A model generated the notes under the pieces. It saw only the letters and a program-made list of their open reading frames with translations. It was not told where the DNA came from and did not search any database. 64,000 nt of DNA from positions 62,001-126,000 of the forward strand of contig JAQGDQ010000193.1 in the NCBI GenBank assembly GCA_030141605.1. Reading direction: 5' to 3'. Positions 1 to 14,299 of this stretch are shown in pieces; position 1 is the stretch's first letter; every line of letters begins with the position of its first letter. Position numbers and translations under genes: made by a program. The DNA comes from Tubiluchus corallicola. Lineage: Eukaryota > Animalia > Priapulida.

Positions 1-26
1 ACAGTTGTTACTTCATACATTATACA

Positions 27-446
27 CTCATATATCGGTTTGCCGGACAAAAGCGGGGAGACGTCTGTCCGAATTTGCCGATTGTCTGTATTTTCCGATA
101 CTAAACTATTACAATAGGCGCTGTGTGTTAGATTCATGGTTATGTAAAATCTATTTTATCATATTTTCTCAAAAACGTCTAGTACCGGCCGCGCCTATGC
201 AAAAGGATGTAAGAATGGTAGGCAATTGACTCAAATAACTCTGCATAATTGATTCTATATTTTAATTCATCGAGATATACCCATGGTTACACTGATGTAA
301 GTGATGTAAACAAAGTAACGTTCTGCCAACTACCGGTCAGCTCGCGAAATAACGGACTGTGTCCGTATTATGCGGGATCAGATTTTGTCCGAATCTGCCG
401 ATGTCCATAAAAGCGAGGTCCGGCAAACCGAGATATGAGCTTACAG
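27..446. mobile_element. MITE with terminal inverted repeats (Tc1/mariner/pogo-like)
   Basis: ctcatatatcggtttgccggac (27-48) is the near-perfect reverse complement of gtccggcaaaccgagatatgag (418-439). No coding capacity. Lies in a TADA2B intron. Confidence 0.7.
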
Positions 447-472
447 TATAATCTAATAATGCGTTTTTACAG

Positions 473-1977
473 GACCTTTATCTCCCAGTCTTGCCACTCA
501 CGATGGTGGTTTGGAAATCACAAGTGAAGATTATCACTTGCTTGGTTACATGCCTCTACGTGATGACTTTGAAAGAGAGTATGATAACGAAGCCGAAACT
601 CTAGTCAGCGGATTAATGGAAACTCAAGAGGATGATGAGTTAGATGCAGGTATCATGCTAAAACTCCTAATATTCTAAGGACATTTTGAGACTGAAATAT
701 GGCAACCTGAACAAATAATGTAAACACGTTGTTTAAAGAAATTCTGATACCAATGGTACAAGTTTAGCAATTTCTTGTCGAAAATTTGCCATCCCAATCT
801 AGAGAGAAACCAATGAAAAGTTTAATTTTCTGCAGCAATTCGACAACTTTACGTTGCATTTCTTTCCTTATGCTCTGTAGGCTTTTCTGTCTAATCTAGT
901 TAGTAAGGAGGCAGGTGGAGCAGTTCAAATCTTGCGTGTGTCAGTGAAAATGATATTAACATGATGGTGTCCTCGTAGCAATGTGCGAGTGAAAACTTCT
1001 TGTGATTTGGTGTCTAGATGCTCCTTCAGACAACCAGATAAATTGAAACTATGGTGTAAACATCACAATTTTGTATAAGCCGGGCATCACTAGCTGCGTA
1101 CATTGACCTAGAAAAGATATAAGGTTGCAATAATTCGGAAACTTAGTAAACATGGCAAGCTAGTTTGTCGGCCAGCCACACAGACCAGTGCACAGATGAC
1201 TTCTGCCAGTCCTCCGGTAGCTTCACAAAAATTCCTGGGAGGACAGGCATTCAATTTCCACATTAAATAGTATAATTTTCATTTAGAGTACAATTTACTC
1301 TGCATTGGCGAGTTTTTCCTAACATTACTGTGTTAGCATGTAAAAAACCAAAAACTTTCATTCGGTCCTATGTTTTGTTGTTGTTCTCATTTTTAGCTGT
1401 GAAGTTGACTCAAGTGGACATGTATTCACGGCGTCTGCGAGAGCGAGCGAGGCGAAAGCGAATCATCCACGACTATGGGCTAGTGCAAGAATTCTTCAAC
1501 CTAAACAACGGCAAACAGAAATCACCAGCAAAACGGAAAATTACAAAAGAGGAAAAGTTAGTGTGAATGTAACACTTTGTGAAATTTAATGCAGATGTAA
1601 TTTTGTAGATGTGGTTAGACCATAGGTTTTGCATTGATAGTTTATCTCACTAGTCGGTTATTTCTTTTGTTAAAACTTTGATTTGCCAAATTGTTTATGA
1701 ACATATGTAATGAGAAAAGATATGGATTCTTAATGTGCTACATTTTTTATCTTCTAGGGACTTCCAAGATAAAATGAGAGCATTTGCTCAATTCCAGTCA
1801 GCCATAGAACAAGAACAATTCTTTACTGAACTGCAGCGTAAGTTTTGCATTTTGAAAATGATTTGGAAGTGACTATCTGCTTGTTTTTCTATGTGCGTCC
1901 ACAGTAAACAACTCGTACTTTGACATTGTTTTTTTATTGTCTGTAGCACATAATAGAGTCATGCTATTGCCTCTGGT

Positions 1978-2024
<47 letters not shown>

Positions 2025-5000
2025 GCTCTCTCTTTCCATGCTCTCTTTCCCTGCTCTCTCTCTCTCTCTCCCCCTCCCTCTGCTCTCCAATTTATTGAGG
2101 ACACTTTTGTTTAACAGTTTAGTCAATAAATTGTTAGTTTTATTAATTATTTCAATCGTCTTTCAGATGAAAAGCAGTTAAAATCTCGTGTGAAGGAGTT
2201 AATGCGATTTAGGAAAAATGGTCTTACAAAACTATCAGGTACAAAAATTATCCGTATGCTATAACTTATCTTGCACTTTAAAACTATTACTGTTGTCATT
2301 GTAAAGTTCTCACTGTATCTAATATAAATTAAAAACTTATATTGGTACATTGTGTCACAACTTATAATATTTTCAAACAGAGTTTATACTGATTTCTGAT
2401 TTTAGGTAGTAGTTAAACTCATACTTCATAACTCTGAATACGAGAACTGAAACTGTTACCATTAAAGAATCAGAAATAAAACTATGTCACATTGCACAGC
2501 ACTATACTTATACTCTGCAATTCTCCGTAATTGTATTGCACAGTATATTTTCTGTTACATAGAAATTGAAGATTATGAACGGGCCAAGTTGCTCCGAGAA
2601 AAACGTAAAGAGACTCAAAAGAAAGCTGTGAGTATGTATTGTTCTAGTGCGCCTATTTCTGTAGTATAACAGTGCTGCATGTCCAGTACATAGTTCTCCT
2701 TCAATTTGGTATGATTTTACTTTACCATTGCACTTTTTTCAAAATATAACCAGACTTCATAATGACAGCTTGACCTGGTTGGCTTTAGCTTCTTAGATTA
2801 GTGGCTAGAGGTTATGTCTATCCTTCTGATCTCTCTGTTATGATTTACAGTTATTTATTCGATCATACAGTTTAATTTCACATATTTTATAATATTTTAA
2901 CATTATTGCCAGTTTATAAATGTTGCTATGGGTCTACCAGACTATTACTGTTACTTACCTGATTCTTTTCTTTTTCTCTTACTTTTTACTACTGGAGTTT
3001 CTGTGCGTTCAAACTAACAAGTTTTCTCTCTGGTATCAAACTCAAAATTGTAAACTGCTTTGCATGTTACTTTTGGTAAGTTATTGCAAACTCTGTGCGA
3101 GTTGATATCCTATCAGTTACTGTCTAATGTGGTATACAAGTGCTATTCTGCTACACATATGCTAGTTTGAAAGCGCTGTTAGCTTGTTAAAATTCCGATG
3201 GAAATGCAGTTTTGGTGTTGAATGTTTATACATTATTCATTTGTCATTGGTCTGCATTAGTAATATTAAAGCTGTTCCCACTGAAACTACAGTTTTTATT
3301 TCTTTATTTCAGTTTTGTGACACAGTTATGAGCAGTACCACAACAAACATTTTTCATACTAAGACAACTTTCAGATTTTTTTTCATATATAGGATAAATG
3401 TATTTTGAATATATATTTATGAATATGTGAATCTTGAATATTTAATTTTTGATTTTCATTTCTGTAAAATCTTGCCTGAGGCTTTTTTTGATGAAATACT
3501 TTTTTAATTTTTTAATATTGTGTATTTTTGTTATGATAATTTTTGACCTCTTTGCAGCCAACCTCACCAACCACAAGAACAATTTTCACCGCAAAGAAAA
3601 GTTTAACAACGTCATCAACCACATCAACAACAACCACAGTAAAGTCAGAGTAAGTGAATACTTTTTATAATATGCATGTTGTTACTTACCAACATATTTT
3701 TACGCAGTCATAGAATATCTATTATCAGCAACTAATCCTTAAAGAAAATGGGTGCCTGGAGTAAGTGTAAAAAAATCAGCCGAAAAAATTGTATTACTTT
3801 ATAGCAATTTTATGCATAAATTGTACTTGCTTTAAAAGGATATTTTGTTTGTTTTAATTTAAATTTCCCGCAGTATACTGTTTCGATCACGCCATTACAT
3901 GACCTCCTTACCCACAATGTAAATCGAGGATAAAACGTAACGTTAACTAGCCCCAAAATACTTTCCATACAAAGTTATATTACTTAGTATTTCGCTTATC
4001 TGCTTGAAAGACTTGTATAACTAAAAAAGAAAATTCTTAATGGTTTAGAATGTTCTCAACAATTGGCAAAAAATGATTGACTCACCTCCATTGTACACTA
4101 CTTCACTAACCAAAAAACCTATTTTTCAAATTATTGACAAGATACAGTAATTATGTAACTATACATATGTAACAGTAACTATACCATTAGTTAGTTGCTT
4201 AGTTAGTGAAGTGTTGGTTACGAATTCTTTTAAATCAACTTATTTAGGGTATTAGAACTGCAGAGCAGGCTGAATTATACTAGACCTATGAAAAATTAGT
4301 TCATTTTGCAAGTTTTATTACCCTGATGAACTATTTACCTTTAATAGCGGAAAAAACGAAAGAAAGTCGTCCTTCTCCCTCGGCGGACTAGACGACGGTA
4401 GCAGTGGGCGGCCTGTGGACATATCACAATTACCTGGTTACGAACTACTTACTGAGCGAGAATGCAAGGTACATTATTGTAGCCTAAACAGTCTACGTTT
4501 ATAGTATTGCATTGGCATGTAATGTATGTATGTTCCTCACAAACTAGGGTTATATGTTGTTCTACTTGATTTCTTCAGCTTGGTGATTTGGTGAAAGGCA
4601 GTTTGCCCGAATATGATCTGTCTTATTTTTAAGCCTTTCCAAAAAAGATGGTTTTTGAACACAGTTTATTTCAAAAACTTTTAATCTTAATCCGTTTTCA
4701 AGCTTGGTGATTTGGTGAAAGGCAGTTTGCCCGAATATAATCTGTCTTATTTTTAAGCCTTTCCAAAAAGATGGTTTTTGAACACAGTTTATTTCAAAAA
4801 CTTTTAATCTTAATCCGTTTTCAGCTCTGATTTAGTTCATTTCAATTATTATTTTTCTAGTAGGATTTATCGAAACCATTTTCTATGTATTTTAAAATTG
4901 TCCTCTTTAATAACGTGTATTAACCTTTGTTTTAACGACTCACTTTTTCTGTACTCACTTTTTTGCAGTCCATTTAGTTCTTATTGTTACCAAACCACTA

Positions 5001-6192
5001 ATCAACATGTACTTTATCTGTTTTTTCAGTTATGCACAGCAATCAACCTTAAGCCGGCACACTACACAGCTATCAAAACCGTTTTATTAAAGGTATATTA
5101 AATTTTATTGTTAAAATCATTTGCGAAATAGGTGTAAAGTACAGTAGGCACCGCTTAATAGACTCACTTTGTGACCGAAGTGTTTTGACCCAAGTAACCG
5201 ACTGAACCTATTAACCCGATGGGTGTAGGTTAATGTGTAATACATGTGTAATACATATACATATTATGTATGTATATACATTATATATATATATGTATAT
5301 ATATAATATAAATGAAGTAATGCCTTAATTCTTTAGTACAGTTAAAAATTAGAAAAAATATTATAAAAAATTAATTTATGTAAGTAAATTAGCAATAAAT
5401 TAAAAAGTATACTTTTCTCAATCACACAAGTCTGTTAATTACCAAAAATCACAGATTCCTTCAGTGTTCAAAAACAAATCAATAGGCTATCATAATTAGC
5501 GTATGATAGAAGTTCCTGCTTACAAACAAAACAGTACTAAACGCGATTGTTTCTATGTATATTATAAGACAAAAGCCAAGTAAGATGATATAAAAGTCAT
5601 AAAAGCTTATTAGTCTCGAAAGTAACTTATTGAAGCATGTGAAGCAAAATATTGAGTCAATTATGCGGAGTTATTTGAGTCAATTGCCGACAGTTTTTAC
5701 ATTTGAACATTTGAATAGAAGCTCGTACCGGGCGTTTTTGAGTCAATCGATTGAGTCTATTAAGCGGCACCTACTGTAATACCTAAAAAATAACTTGCAC
5801 ATAATTTGTTTTTTATTTGGTTTAGTCATTATAGCTCGGGTGTTCTTTTAGTTTTTTTTGCGGCAGAAGCACCAGTTAATTTGTTTCTTTATGTGTTCAT
5901 TTTTGAAAAGTAGCATTTAGAGTTGCTAGGCCATGTATTTCCATGTGAATTGTATAAAAGTATAGTTATGATCACCAATGTTACATATTTTTTATTAGTT
6001 ACATGTTAATATTACTACTACCAAATATTATGTTGCTCTGAGGCTATAAAGATAGCTTACCATTCTTAGGATCACGTAAAGACGAAACAAGGCATCAGCA
6101 CGAAAACGCCGTACATGAAAGGACTATCAAAAGCCAGTAAAAACCTAATAATGAAACTTCTTACTGAAAGCGGGTGGTTGTCTGCTTGCTAA
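473..6192 (+). CDS. TADA2B: Transcriptional adapter 2-beta (SAGA Ada2b), 3' part; 5' exons lie upstream of the window
   Basis: Phase-consistent GT-AG exons 473-649, 1397-1556, 1758-1837, 2167-2238, 2563-2627, 3558-3649, 4348-4468, 5030-5092, 6070-6192 (TAA). Peptides PLSPSL..LGYMPLRDDFEREYDNEAETLVSGL, KLTQVDMYSRRLRERARRK, and the SWIRM-type C-terminus LPGYELLTERECKLCTAINLKPAHY..ESGWL match Ada2/TADA2B. Confidence 0.92.
1978..2088. repeat. (CT)n microsatellite, degenerate at its 3' end
   Basis: Long ctctct run followed by ccctgctctctc variants. Confidence 0.95.
4577..4823. repeat. Recent tandem duplication, 2 x ~124 bp
   Basis: agcttggtgatttggtgaaaggcagtttgcccgaatat...taatccgttttca starts at 4577 and again at 4701; the copies are nearly identical. 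Confidence 0.92.
5142..5776. mobile_element. Tigger/pogo-like MITE, TA target duplication
   Basis: TA|cagtaggcaccgcttaatagactca ... tgagtctattaagcggcacctactg|TA inverted termini. Confidence 0.85.
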
Positions 6193-6380
6193 TTTCACGT
6201 TACGTACAATCTGCAGATAGAACTTTCACGCAACATTTGCAAATAGAACTGCATTTGGAATTTAAAAAAATTAGCATGATAATCAGAGCTCAAGTTACAC
6301 ATTAATCGATTTAATCTCTTTATATTTGTGCAGTATACCGTGTGTATACAGCTTCTGCAATAAGCAAAAATATAAATATA

Positions 6381-6813
6381 CCGTATATGCTCGCATATAA
6401 GCCGAATTTAGAACTATAAAATACAATACTGAAATCAGGGGGTCGACTTATATGCGCATGTAACAAAATGAACACAAGGACAGACACTAATGCCAATTTT
6501 CCAGCCACACATTTTCATCGCTATCTGACTCTTTATTTGGTTGTGTGTCACCAGTGGTGTATTGGAGGGGGATCGCCGTCCACCCACTTTTTTTTACATT
6601 TTACATCTTTATAGTAAAAAATTTCTATGAACCAAAAATACCCAATTAACAAAATGTGATAAAAAGGGATCAATTTTGTTCATTGGGTATGGAGTAAAAT
6701 TAGACAAGTTGATGGTCGGCTTATATACGGGTTTTTGCAAAAACTGGCCATTTTAAAGCAGTTTTAGGGGGTCGGCTTATATGCGATGTAGGCTTATATG
6801 CGAGTATATACGG
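6381..6813. mobile_element. Mariner/pogo-type MITE (CCGTA termini) downstream of the TADA2B stop
   Basis: TA|ccgtatatgctcgcatataagcc ... ggcttatatgcgagtatatacgg|TA, with internal gtcggcttatat repeats. Confidence 0.85.
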
Positions 6814-8639
6814 TAACCCGATTGTGAACTGAGTAAAGTTTGTTGTGTTGCAATGAACAGAGAAAAAGTTAAACGATCGTCAATTGTTTTAGCAGGCTAG
6901 TTTTAACTTCAGTGTTTGACTTTGGTGAATTTGTAACAATGTAAAAATTACGTGTGTTATAGTCCTAAACCTTGTTTTATGTAATAAGTTAACCAATTTT
7001 CACTAATTTGTGTTGGGTTGTGATTTTTGTTAAATGAACGACAGCTCACTTGGCCGATTTTAACTGAGGGAATCATTGCTTATCATATAGTCGCGTTTAT
7101 AAATGGCATTATATAAGTCCATTGCAGTTTGCGATTTGTTGTGTTGCTGCGGCTTTCATCCTGAGTGTCTAGATCGTAAAAGGTGCTAGTGTATAATTAT
7201 GGTTGGGTAAATAAAGTGTTCGGAATTAGGATTTGTGATATGTAAACAGGCTAACTACGAATTGTGTATTGTAGCACAAATTACTATATATCTTCTAAAC
7301 TGCCATGTACTAGGTGGTGCCTGGGGTATTAAGTTATGCGTGACAGTAAGTCTTACTGTCATCGCGTTGCTGTCTGAATTCGGAAATTTGATGCGGTCAC
7401 TTACTGACTGTCGTCATTGGTCGTTTTTAAAAATGCCCTGTATGCACCAGTTGTTGGACACAATGTTATGCAAGAGGCATATCAGTTTTGTTCAAATTTG
7501 TAAATAGTATATGCAACTATTTATTATGTAAATAATTCGGACGTGCTAAAAATTATTAATAATATATATATAATTGGTGTTTGTTTCATACGTTGTGAAA
7601 GTCTTTTGTCAACTCGTTTGTTTAGCTACCTTTCTCTTGCCAGAAAGGACTGCTTAAATTGCACAAGAATTATTTGTTTCTGTTTATGGCTCAGTTAGTA
7701 ATTATTATAATAATTAGTAACATTTGTTACTAAGCTTGTTAGTAAGATCCTAGGGCAAGCTTTCTTTTTATGTTAGTATGATTTGTCAGTCCGTCCATTG
7801 GAAAATGGATTGTGTATTTTTATGTTAATTTAGTGTATTACGATATTTTCAATTGTCAAGTGAAATGTTAACTGATGTTTTGAGAGACTAATATAAGTGC
7901 AGTTCTGTTACACGTGTGTCAAACTTTTGCTCGCAAAGTGTCTTGTGACACTGGCTCTTAAAGAAATTCTCACGGGATTTTAACTCAGCTCTAACGTTTA
8001 GTCTTTTAAAACTTTAAAGACTTTAATAAGTTATGAGTGTTTAATTGTATCGATTTCGATTTGTTTAAATCCATTGGTTCTAATTGCAGTATTATAAACT
8101 CTAATTAGGTTGTTCCCAGTGCCAGTGAACATGTGTCTGTAAGTATCCCCTAGTGGGCGTGAGTCAAAGATACACTGTAATGCCCAAAAAATCAAATAAC
8201 TCTGACTGGCCTATTGATGTCTTATTGCTAGTACGGTTTAGTTAGCATTTAGTTATCCTCAGTTTTTCTAAGCCGGGAACAAGCAGCGTTATTTTTTTAT
8301 GTTTTTGTGTTAAGCACCTAAAATTACTTGCAACTAGGCACACATAATATGTAAACACCTCTGTAGACATTGCTGGAATAATTGGGAAATTTAAGACGAA
8401 ACTGAAGAGAAATGAATGAACGTGTACATTAGTTACTTTTTGTGTTGTTTTGTCGTTACGCATTTGCTAGTTAGTAGCAATTTGCGAAAGTGTATCATTT
8501 GTAAATACGCAAATAAACAGTATTTAAAAATTAAATGTTGAAGTAACTTTGTTGAATGAGTAGTTGAATGACTGCTTATTTTGGTGGGATTTACAAATGG
8601 GGCCTACATGACTGTAGTTGTGCTGTAAAAAATTGGCGA

Positions 8640-9790
8640 CACATGGTAGTAGCAACTAGTATAAAATTGCCACCAGTTACCAGTCGTTGACCTCTTCCAT
8701 GGGCTACTGCCAGTTGAGGATCTTAACAGTGCTTGACATTTCACATAAAATACAAAAATCGTATCTTCCTGGACATTGACTTGTTCACGGTTCCGGTAAA
8801 AAGCTTATGGCTATCTGGTAAGGTATCCTTGGGGTCTTTCTGGGTGTATTCCTTATTCGCTTTTCTCCAGTTTTATTAGCATGTCATAGTAGCAGTGTGA
8901 GATCTCGTACACTTCCATCATGTCACCTATAAATCGGTATGTTAAGACATAAGAACTTTTATTTCACACATAACAAGATACACAGATTGTAGTCAGTTGA
9001 CAACAGCGGCGGATTATGCTTTTATGGGCCTTAGGCTTGAGCTTGGAACGGGCCTTTTAAATGTTGCTACACTGCTGAGCTGACGTGTTTTTGTGGAGCT
9101 CTCGTCGTTTGTAAGTTTGTTTAATTTTGTGAGTTTTTGCCCACCGATTGTGATAAAAATGATATCTTCTTGATCCTTGAGTTGTGGACTAGGACTATAT
9201 ATAGCGCCAAGCTGCTCGAAATCTTTTGGACACGTATCCTAACGATTTAGAGACATATTTTGTAGAAGAGTTAGTACACTTCCAGTCGTTTATCCAGAAA
9301 TAAGACCAAACTTGCAACGGCAGCATTGAACTACAGATGTATCGGCAAATTGTTTCCAATAACCTTCTGTCAAATTCGGAAACTGAAATTTTGAACTTAA
9401 ACTGTGTAAACGTGAATTTTGTAAACTTAAACTGTGTAAACTTGATTTGTGTAAACCCGATTTGAAATATAGTGACTGACTTTTGAAAAAAAAATGTTTC
9501 GTTTTATTTTGCCGGGCCCCTTTTGATCCCGGGCCTTAGGCTTCAGCCTATAGGGCTATCCGCTACAGGTTGACAAATAAATATTTAAATAGTGTGGGGA
9601 AAGGGAACCGATCATACGGGGGCAGTGGGCAGTTTCAGTGTCAACAATCTGTCTTCGTGCTCCAGACTCTATATACAATAAACCATTTTGGTTGCCCTAC
9701 GCTGTACGTTTTCTAGCTTTTCTGTAAAATGGTGACCAAACTACATTACCATACTCCAATATTGGTCTTACTAATGAGGTGCGTAATGGC
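8640..9790 (-). mobile_element. Decayed CR1/L2-type LINE 3' fragments, interrupted by a MITE
   Basis: Minus strand gives SLVRPILEYGNVVWSPFY (~9780-9720) and RFIGDMMEVYEI (~8935-8900), both typical of the C-terminal region of CR1-clade ORF2. Confidence 0.7.
9004..9567. mobile_element. hAT-like MITE
   Basis: cagcggcggatt...gggccttaggct at the left; gggccttaggcttcagcctat...atccgct at the right (imperfect inverted ends plus subterminal repeats). Confidence 0.55.
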
Positions 9791-11974
9791 AAAAACATAG
9801 TGTGAACACTTCTGGCTCTAGAATCTGTTTCTAAAACTGCTGAGGTTGTGAAAAAGGAAATTGATTCTGTGGTATCTTTCCAGATTCGGATGATTATCGA
9901 AAAATCGTCTGAGCCAAAGTTTTGTAATTTCTGTCTGTTCAAGTTGTCGAAACGTCTGTCAGCCATTTGGTTTGTTCCTTGTGATACCTTGCCATCTTTG
10001 GCGGTTGGTAATATTTCAGTTTCTTTGCAAAACGTTTCCATACTGGAGAGTTTGTGAAGCGAAAAATTTTTGCGGTGTAGGGATATGAGGCTATTTACAG
10101 ACATACCCATACAGAGTCTAACTTTGATAAAGTGGGTAAAGGTGGAATTGTAAAGTGTCAGTCTTTATTGCTTGGAATTGAATGTGTCAGGTATTATTTT
10201 TACACAAAATTCCACAATATCTGTACAGTATCACGTTTCTAGAAAAAGTTATTACGCAACAAAGAATTTCATGGCTACCTGGTCATTGGACTCTCGGAAA
10301 GTGATATATAGCTGTTTAGAAAGAGGAAGAACAGGGCTACACGATGATTTGGGCTGCATTTTAGAACAGGTCCACCAAGAGGAGTGACGACAAATTAATT
10401 AGATATTCTATTTTTGGCAATTTTCGCTTAGAAAACTGCTGACGCAAAGCCATTATTCTATAACCTTATAACTTTAATTCTGTAAAAGCTGCTGCTGGCT
10501 TTGCGTTATAAATGAGGACTATGTGTCGTGTCACAAAAAAATTACAAAATTAAAGGTATTACACAGAACATTTTATTCAGTGACAGTTTTTAGCCTTACT
10601 GCTTAAGTAGGGGTTGCATAACTTATACATACTAGGCCTTTCTAATATGCAGATTAAATTCAGTGTTCACATTTGCTATTTGAACTTACAGGTTGTTACA
10701 ATGTTGCTAGCAAATTATTTTAACCTCAAACAAATGTATTACTCTTCAATGAACAAAACCTGTGATTTTAAAATAGAAGCAAAAATAAACAGTTGTGAAG
10801 AAACTCTAAAGTTAAGTGCTAAGGCACTGATAAATAAAGTAGAATACAGGTGAGCTTCTTTTTATATCTCAAACTTTATTTTCCGAATTAGTAGTGATAG
10901 CATACATTGCTCTCTCTCGGTCAAGTCACATGCTTACAATGTGATCTGTAAAAACAAACTGCCCAGGTAAAATTTTCCATGAAGTAAAAGGAAGTCAGCA
11001 ATTCCATGAATAATAATTACACTATTACAATAATTAAATAACTAATAATTAATAAAATCAAGAAATCGTGAGCTTCACGACATCAGTTACCTACTAATGT
11101 TACTAAAATGACACACTAGACAAAGAAAAGCTGGAAATAAACACGGAAGAAGTGTTTAACATTTTAATAAAATAGCTAACATCAAGTCAAAAAGTAAACA
11201 CAAACATAATGAAAATTCAAGATTTTCATTCCTATGTTGAGCGTGACTTGCAAGTCTGTTTTCAGCTAAAGAGACAAATGTTAACAAGTGTAACACATGT
11301 GTTCTAAAAAGAACGTTATCACCATTATATCAGTTGTTTCAAAAATTAACAACAACAACAGATTAATTTAAAAATACCATTTAAAAAAGATTGAACGTTT
11401 TCACTGTACGCTATTTTCAAGTGAAAAAAATAAGAAAAACGCAAAAATGGTCAGTAAATACTCGTTTTCTTTCCACGTGAAAACTGTCCACAGTAGTGGA
11501 ACAAAAAATCGTGTTTTTTCTTTCCTCAGTTGGAGGATTTTTAAATGGCTTTTATTGTACCAATTCTTAACATGTACTAAGAATGTTATAGATACTTGCA
11601 GAAAAAACTAGCAAACTACGTACAAGAATTTATTTTTCTAGAAATGTTTCATAATTTCACTTTCTAACTATAACTGTAACACTTAGTAACAGTGGCATAT
11701 TTTGAGTGACCAATGATCCTTGTCTGTAATAAATATCAATATGTATTAAAAAATGATGGCCCGCAAACCAGCAATAAACTACATGTAATTTGTATTAGTG
11801 TTCAATTATTCAATAATCAACCCCAAAACAAAACGAGTGATGTCACTGAAACCACGACAACAACTCTCTTATGATGTAACAGTTTCAAGTAAACTGAGTG
11901 AGTGAGACACACGCTTTTTTAACGTCGCCCCACTCATACTTGCCAGCATACTTATATACTGATGAAAATAAATA

Positions 11975-12260
11975 TTATCTTATCTTAGCTTATCTTATCT
12001 TATCTTATCGTTGCAATAATTATAGTTCATTTTTGTTTCATTCAAATTATTACATCATTATTACAATTGTAGATCATCATCGTTATTATAACATCATTAT
12101 CACCCATCATCATCGCCATCATGTTCAATGGTGTCATATCACCGTCACTGCAAAAATTAATTACAAGTTCAATTTTTTTGGTACAGTTTTGAATTTCTTC
12201 AATGTTTTTCATTATCATCAGGCTCATATTTGGATACTCTACAGCCAACATCCATCATAT
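11975..12260. repeat. Low-complexity (CTTAT)n and degenerate (CAT/TAT)n tract
   Basis: tatcttatcttagcttatcttatc followed by catcat/tattat-rich sequence; explains the spurious His/Ile- and Met-rich ORFs. Confidence 0.75.
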
Positions 12261-12953
12261 TTTATACTTTATTTTGAGGCTTTAAAAGAGGATAGCTAAA
12301 TCAGTAACTGGCCACCTCGTTGTATGCTCAACTGCAAAACCAAACATAGCCAGGCCTAGTTATTAAGTGGACGGATGATGCAAATTACATGGTTGTGGGC
12401 AATTTCATAAGTCAAATTTTCTCTGTTATTCATCCTCGTGATGCCTCGTGATCATAAATACACATCCAGACATGTGGCTACCATAGCTCTATTGACTCAC
12501 TATCTGATCTTAATGTACTATGCTTAGGAGTGAGCTAGATTCTGGTCCAGCCACAACCATCAATATTGGTCCTGCAGCTGAATGGATTCCAACTGGATGT
12601 AATCACACAAAATGTCAAATTGTACAAAACAACCATAGTTATGATATTAAAATTATGTACCAGCTGTAAAGTCATCTTCATAATCATAATAATAATCATT
12701 GTTACCTTTATCATTTTCGGTGTTACAGTATTGGCATAATTTGCTGCAGCTTTTTAGCAACAAAAAACATTAAAATGGCGAACTACCTATGTTTAACACT
12801 TTACTGAAAATTTTTAATTTACAATTTTATTTACTTGCAAGCTAGGACGTTTGATGCCAAGTAGGGTGCTGGAGCTTCGAAGAATTGTTTTAGACGTTGA
12901 TGACAAGTGGTAAGAACTACTGTTCTTCTAAAATTTTAACCTTTTGAAGAATT

Positions 12954-13396
12954 CAGGGTTACCACAGAATTTTAAAATAAATTTCTCTGGCTTTTCCAAA
13001 ACTTTTCTCTGACCAAATATTGATTTTCCATAAGCAAGATCAGTCGAAATTGCATTACCAGTATACATACTTATACATTTTTGTGCATGGGACATTCATA
13101 CATATACTGATATATAATGTATATATATTATCATTATTATCATCATTATTTTTGGAACAGAAATCGAAACTGGGAGCCTGCCAGATTTTATTTGAGGACG
13201 AATCGCTGAAAAACATTTTGGAAATATATCGATTCACTGTGATTATTTTTGCAACCCTTTCCAATTTCCCTGACTTTTCACCCCATTTTCACTGACTTTT
13301 TACCAAATTATCGTTTCCCTGACTTGTCCATGACTTTCCAGGATAGCCTGTATTTTCAAAGATTTTCCAGGGTTTTCTCTGACCGTGGGAACCCTG
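12954..13396. mobile_element. MITE with CAGGGTT termini, copy 1
   Basis: cagggttaccacag...ccgtgggaaccctg with internal ttccctgact repeats; clearly homologous to 58008-58411. Confidence 0.88.
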
Positions 13397-14299
13397 AACA
13401 CGTAAAAATTATGACTCTTTGTCAGAAAGACTATTTGAGCAGAAAACAAACTGGCACTGCCGCAGTGAGTCACGCTAAAACTTTCGCATGCTGTACCTAG
13501 TCTATATATTAATTATACTGGTATGGGCTTAATATATATTTAAGATTCGAGGCTATAGCTCCAGCGACGGCACCATTTGCGGCGATCTATGCATCAAACG
13601 AAAGGTCTCGATCTAAAGTGCTGATAATTTTAGGTTCGAATCGAATTCGAACTAAAAACAGATTCAAAACAAGTTTTGAACTCGAACGTTCGATGCTCAC
13701 CCTTAATTATCAGTTCGTCACTCGTCATTGCCATTAATACCGACCGCAATAGCATGAGTCGTAGATATAACACAAGAGTAATTGTGCACCACTTTGCAGT
13801 TTGACTAGAAGTTTCCCGTATTGCAAAAATTTTATCCTAAAAAAGCAAAAAAGTAGTTGAAGGAAAAACTACGGTGAGATCCTGCTTGTAAATGTAATCT
13901 GCTATAATATAGCGTTAGTAAGCATGCTAACTGTACAGCCCTTAGCTTGTATCGAGTAATTTTTTATCACGCATTGTGTTTTGTGGGATAGTGTGCTCAG
14001 CGTCGACACGTTAGTTCGTAGGTTTGTCAAGTTTATTAGTCTGTCTATTAAACTTCGTTTGTTACTTGCGTAACCATAATGAACGAACATAACATCTAAA
14101 GCATAACCAAAGGTAGTATTAGTAATCATTAGTTATTATTGATGAGCTTTGTGAGAAAATTCCTGGTCTAGCTGATAACCCTGTTCTGTGTTTGCACATT
14201 TGTCAAAGTTTGTAATATAATCATCATTTTACATTACAGATATTGAAGATGACATTGCTGCATCTGTAATAGATACCAAACTAGCTTAATTTTGTCCAA

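Noticed and set aside
11836-11897. C/D box snoRNA-like motifs (gtgatgt..ctga..atgatgt..ctga)
   Set aside because: C boxes are imperfect, there is no room for a guide before the first CTGA, and no terminal stem.
11898-12299. 133-aa His/Tyr/Ile-rich ORF and its antisense Met-rich ORF
   Set aside because: Product of low-complexity CAT/TAT repeats.
14240-14299. Frame IEDDIAASVIDTKLA* ending 10 nt before SNAPC3, as an upstream cistron
   Set aside because: Candidate upstream exons (donors near 13874 and 14112) carry stops in the matching frame; no ATG-led ORF could be built.
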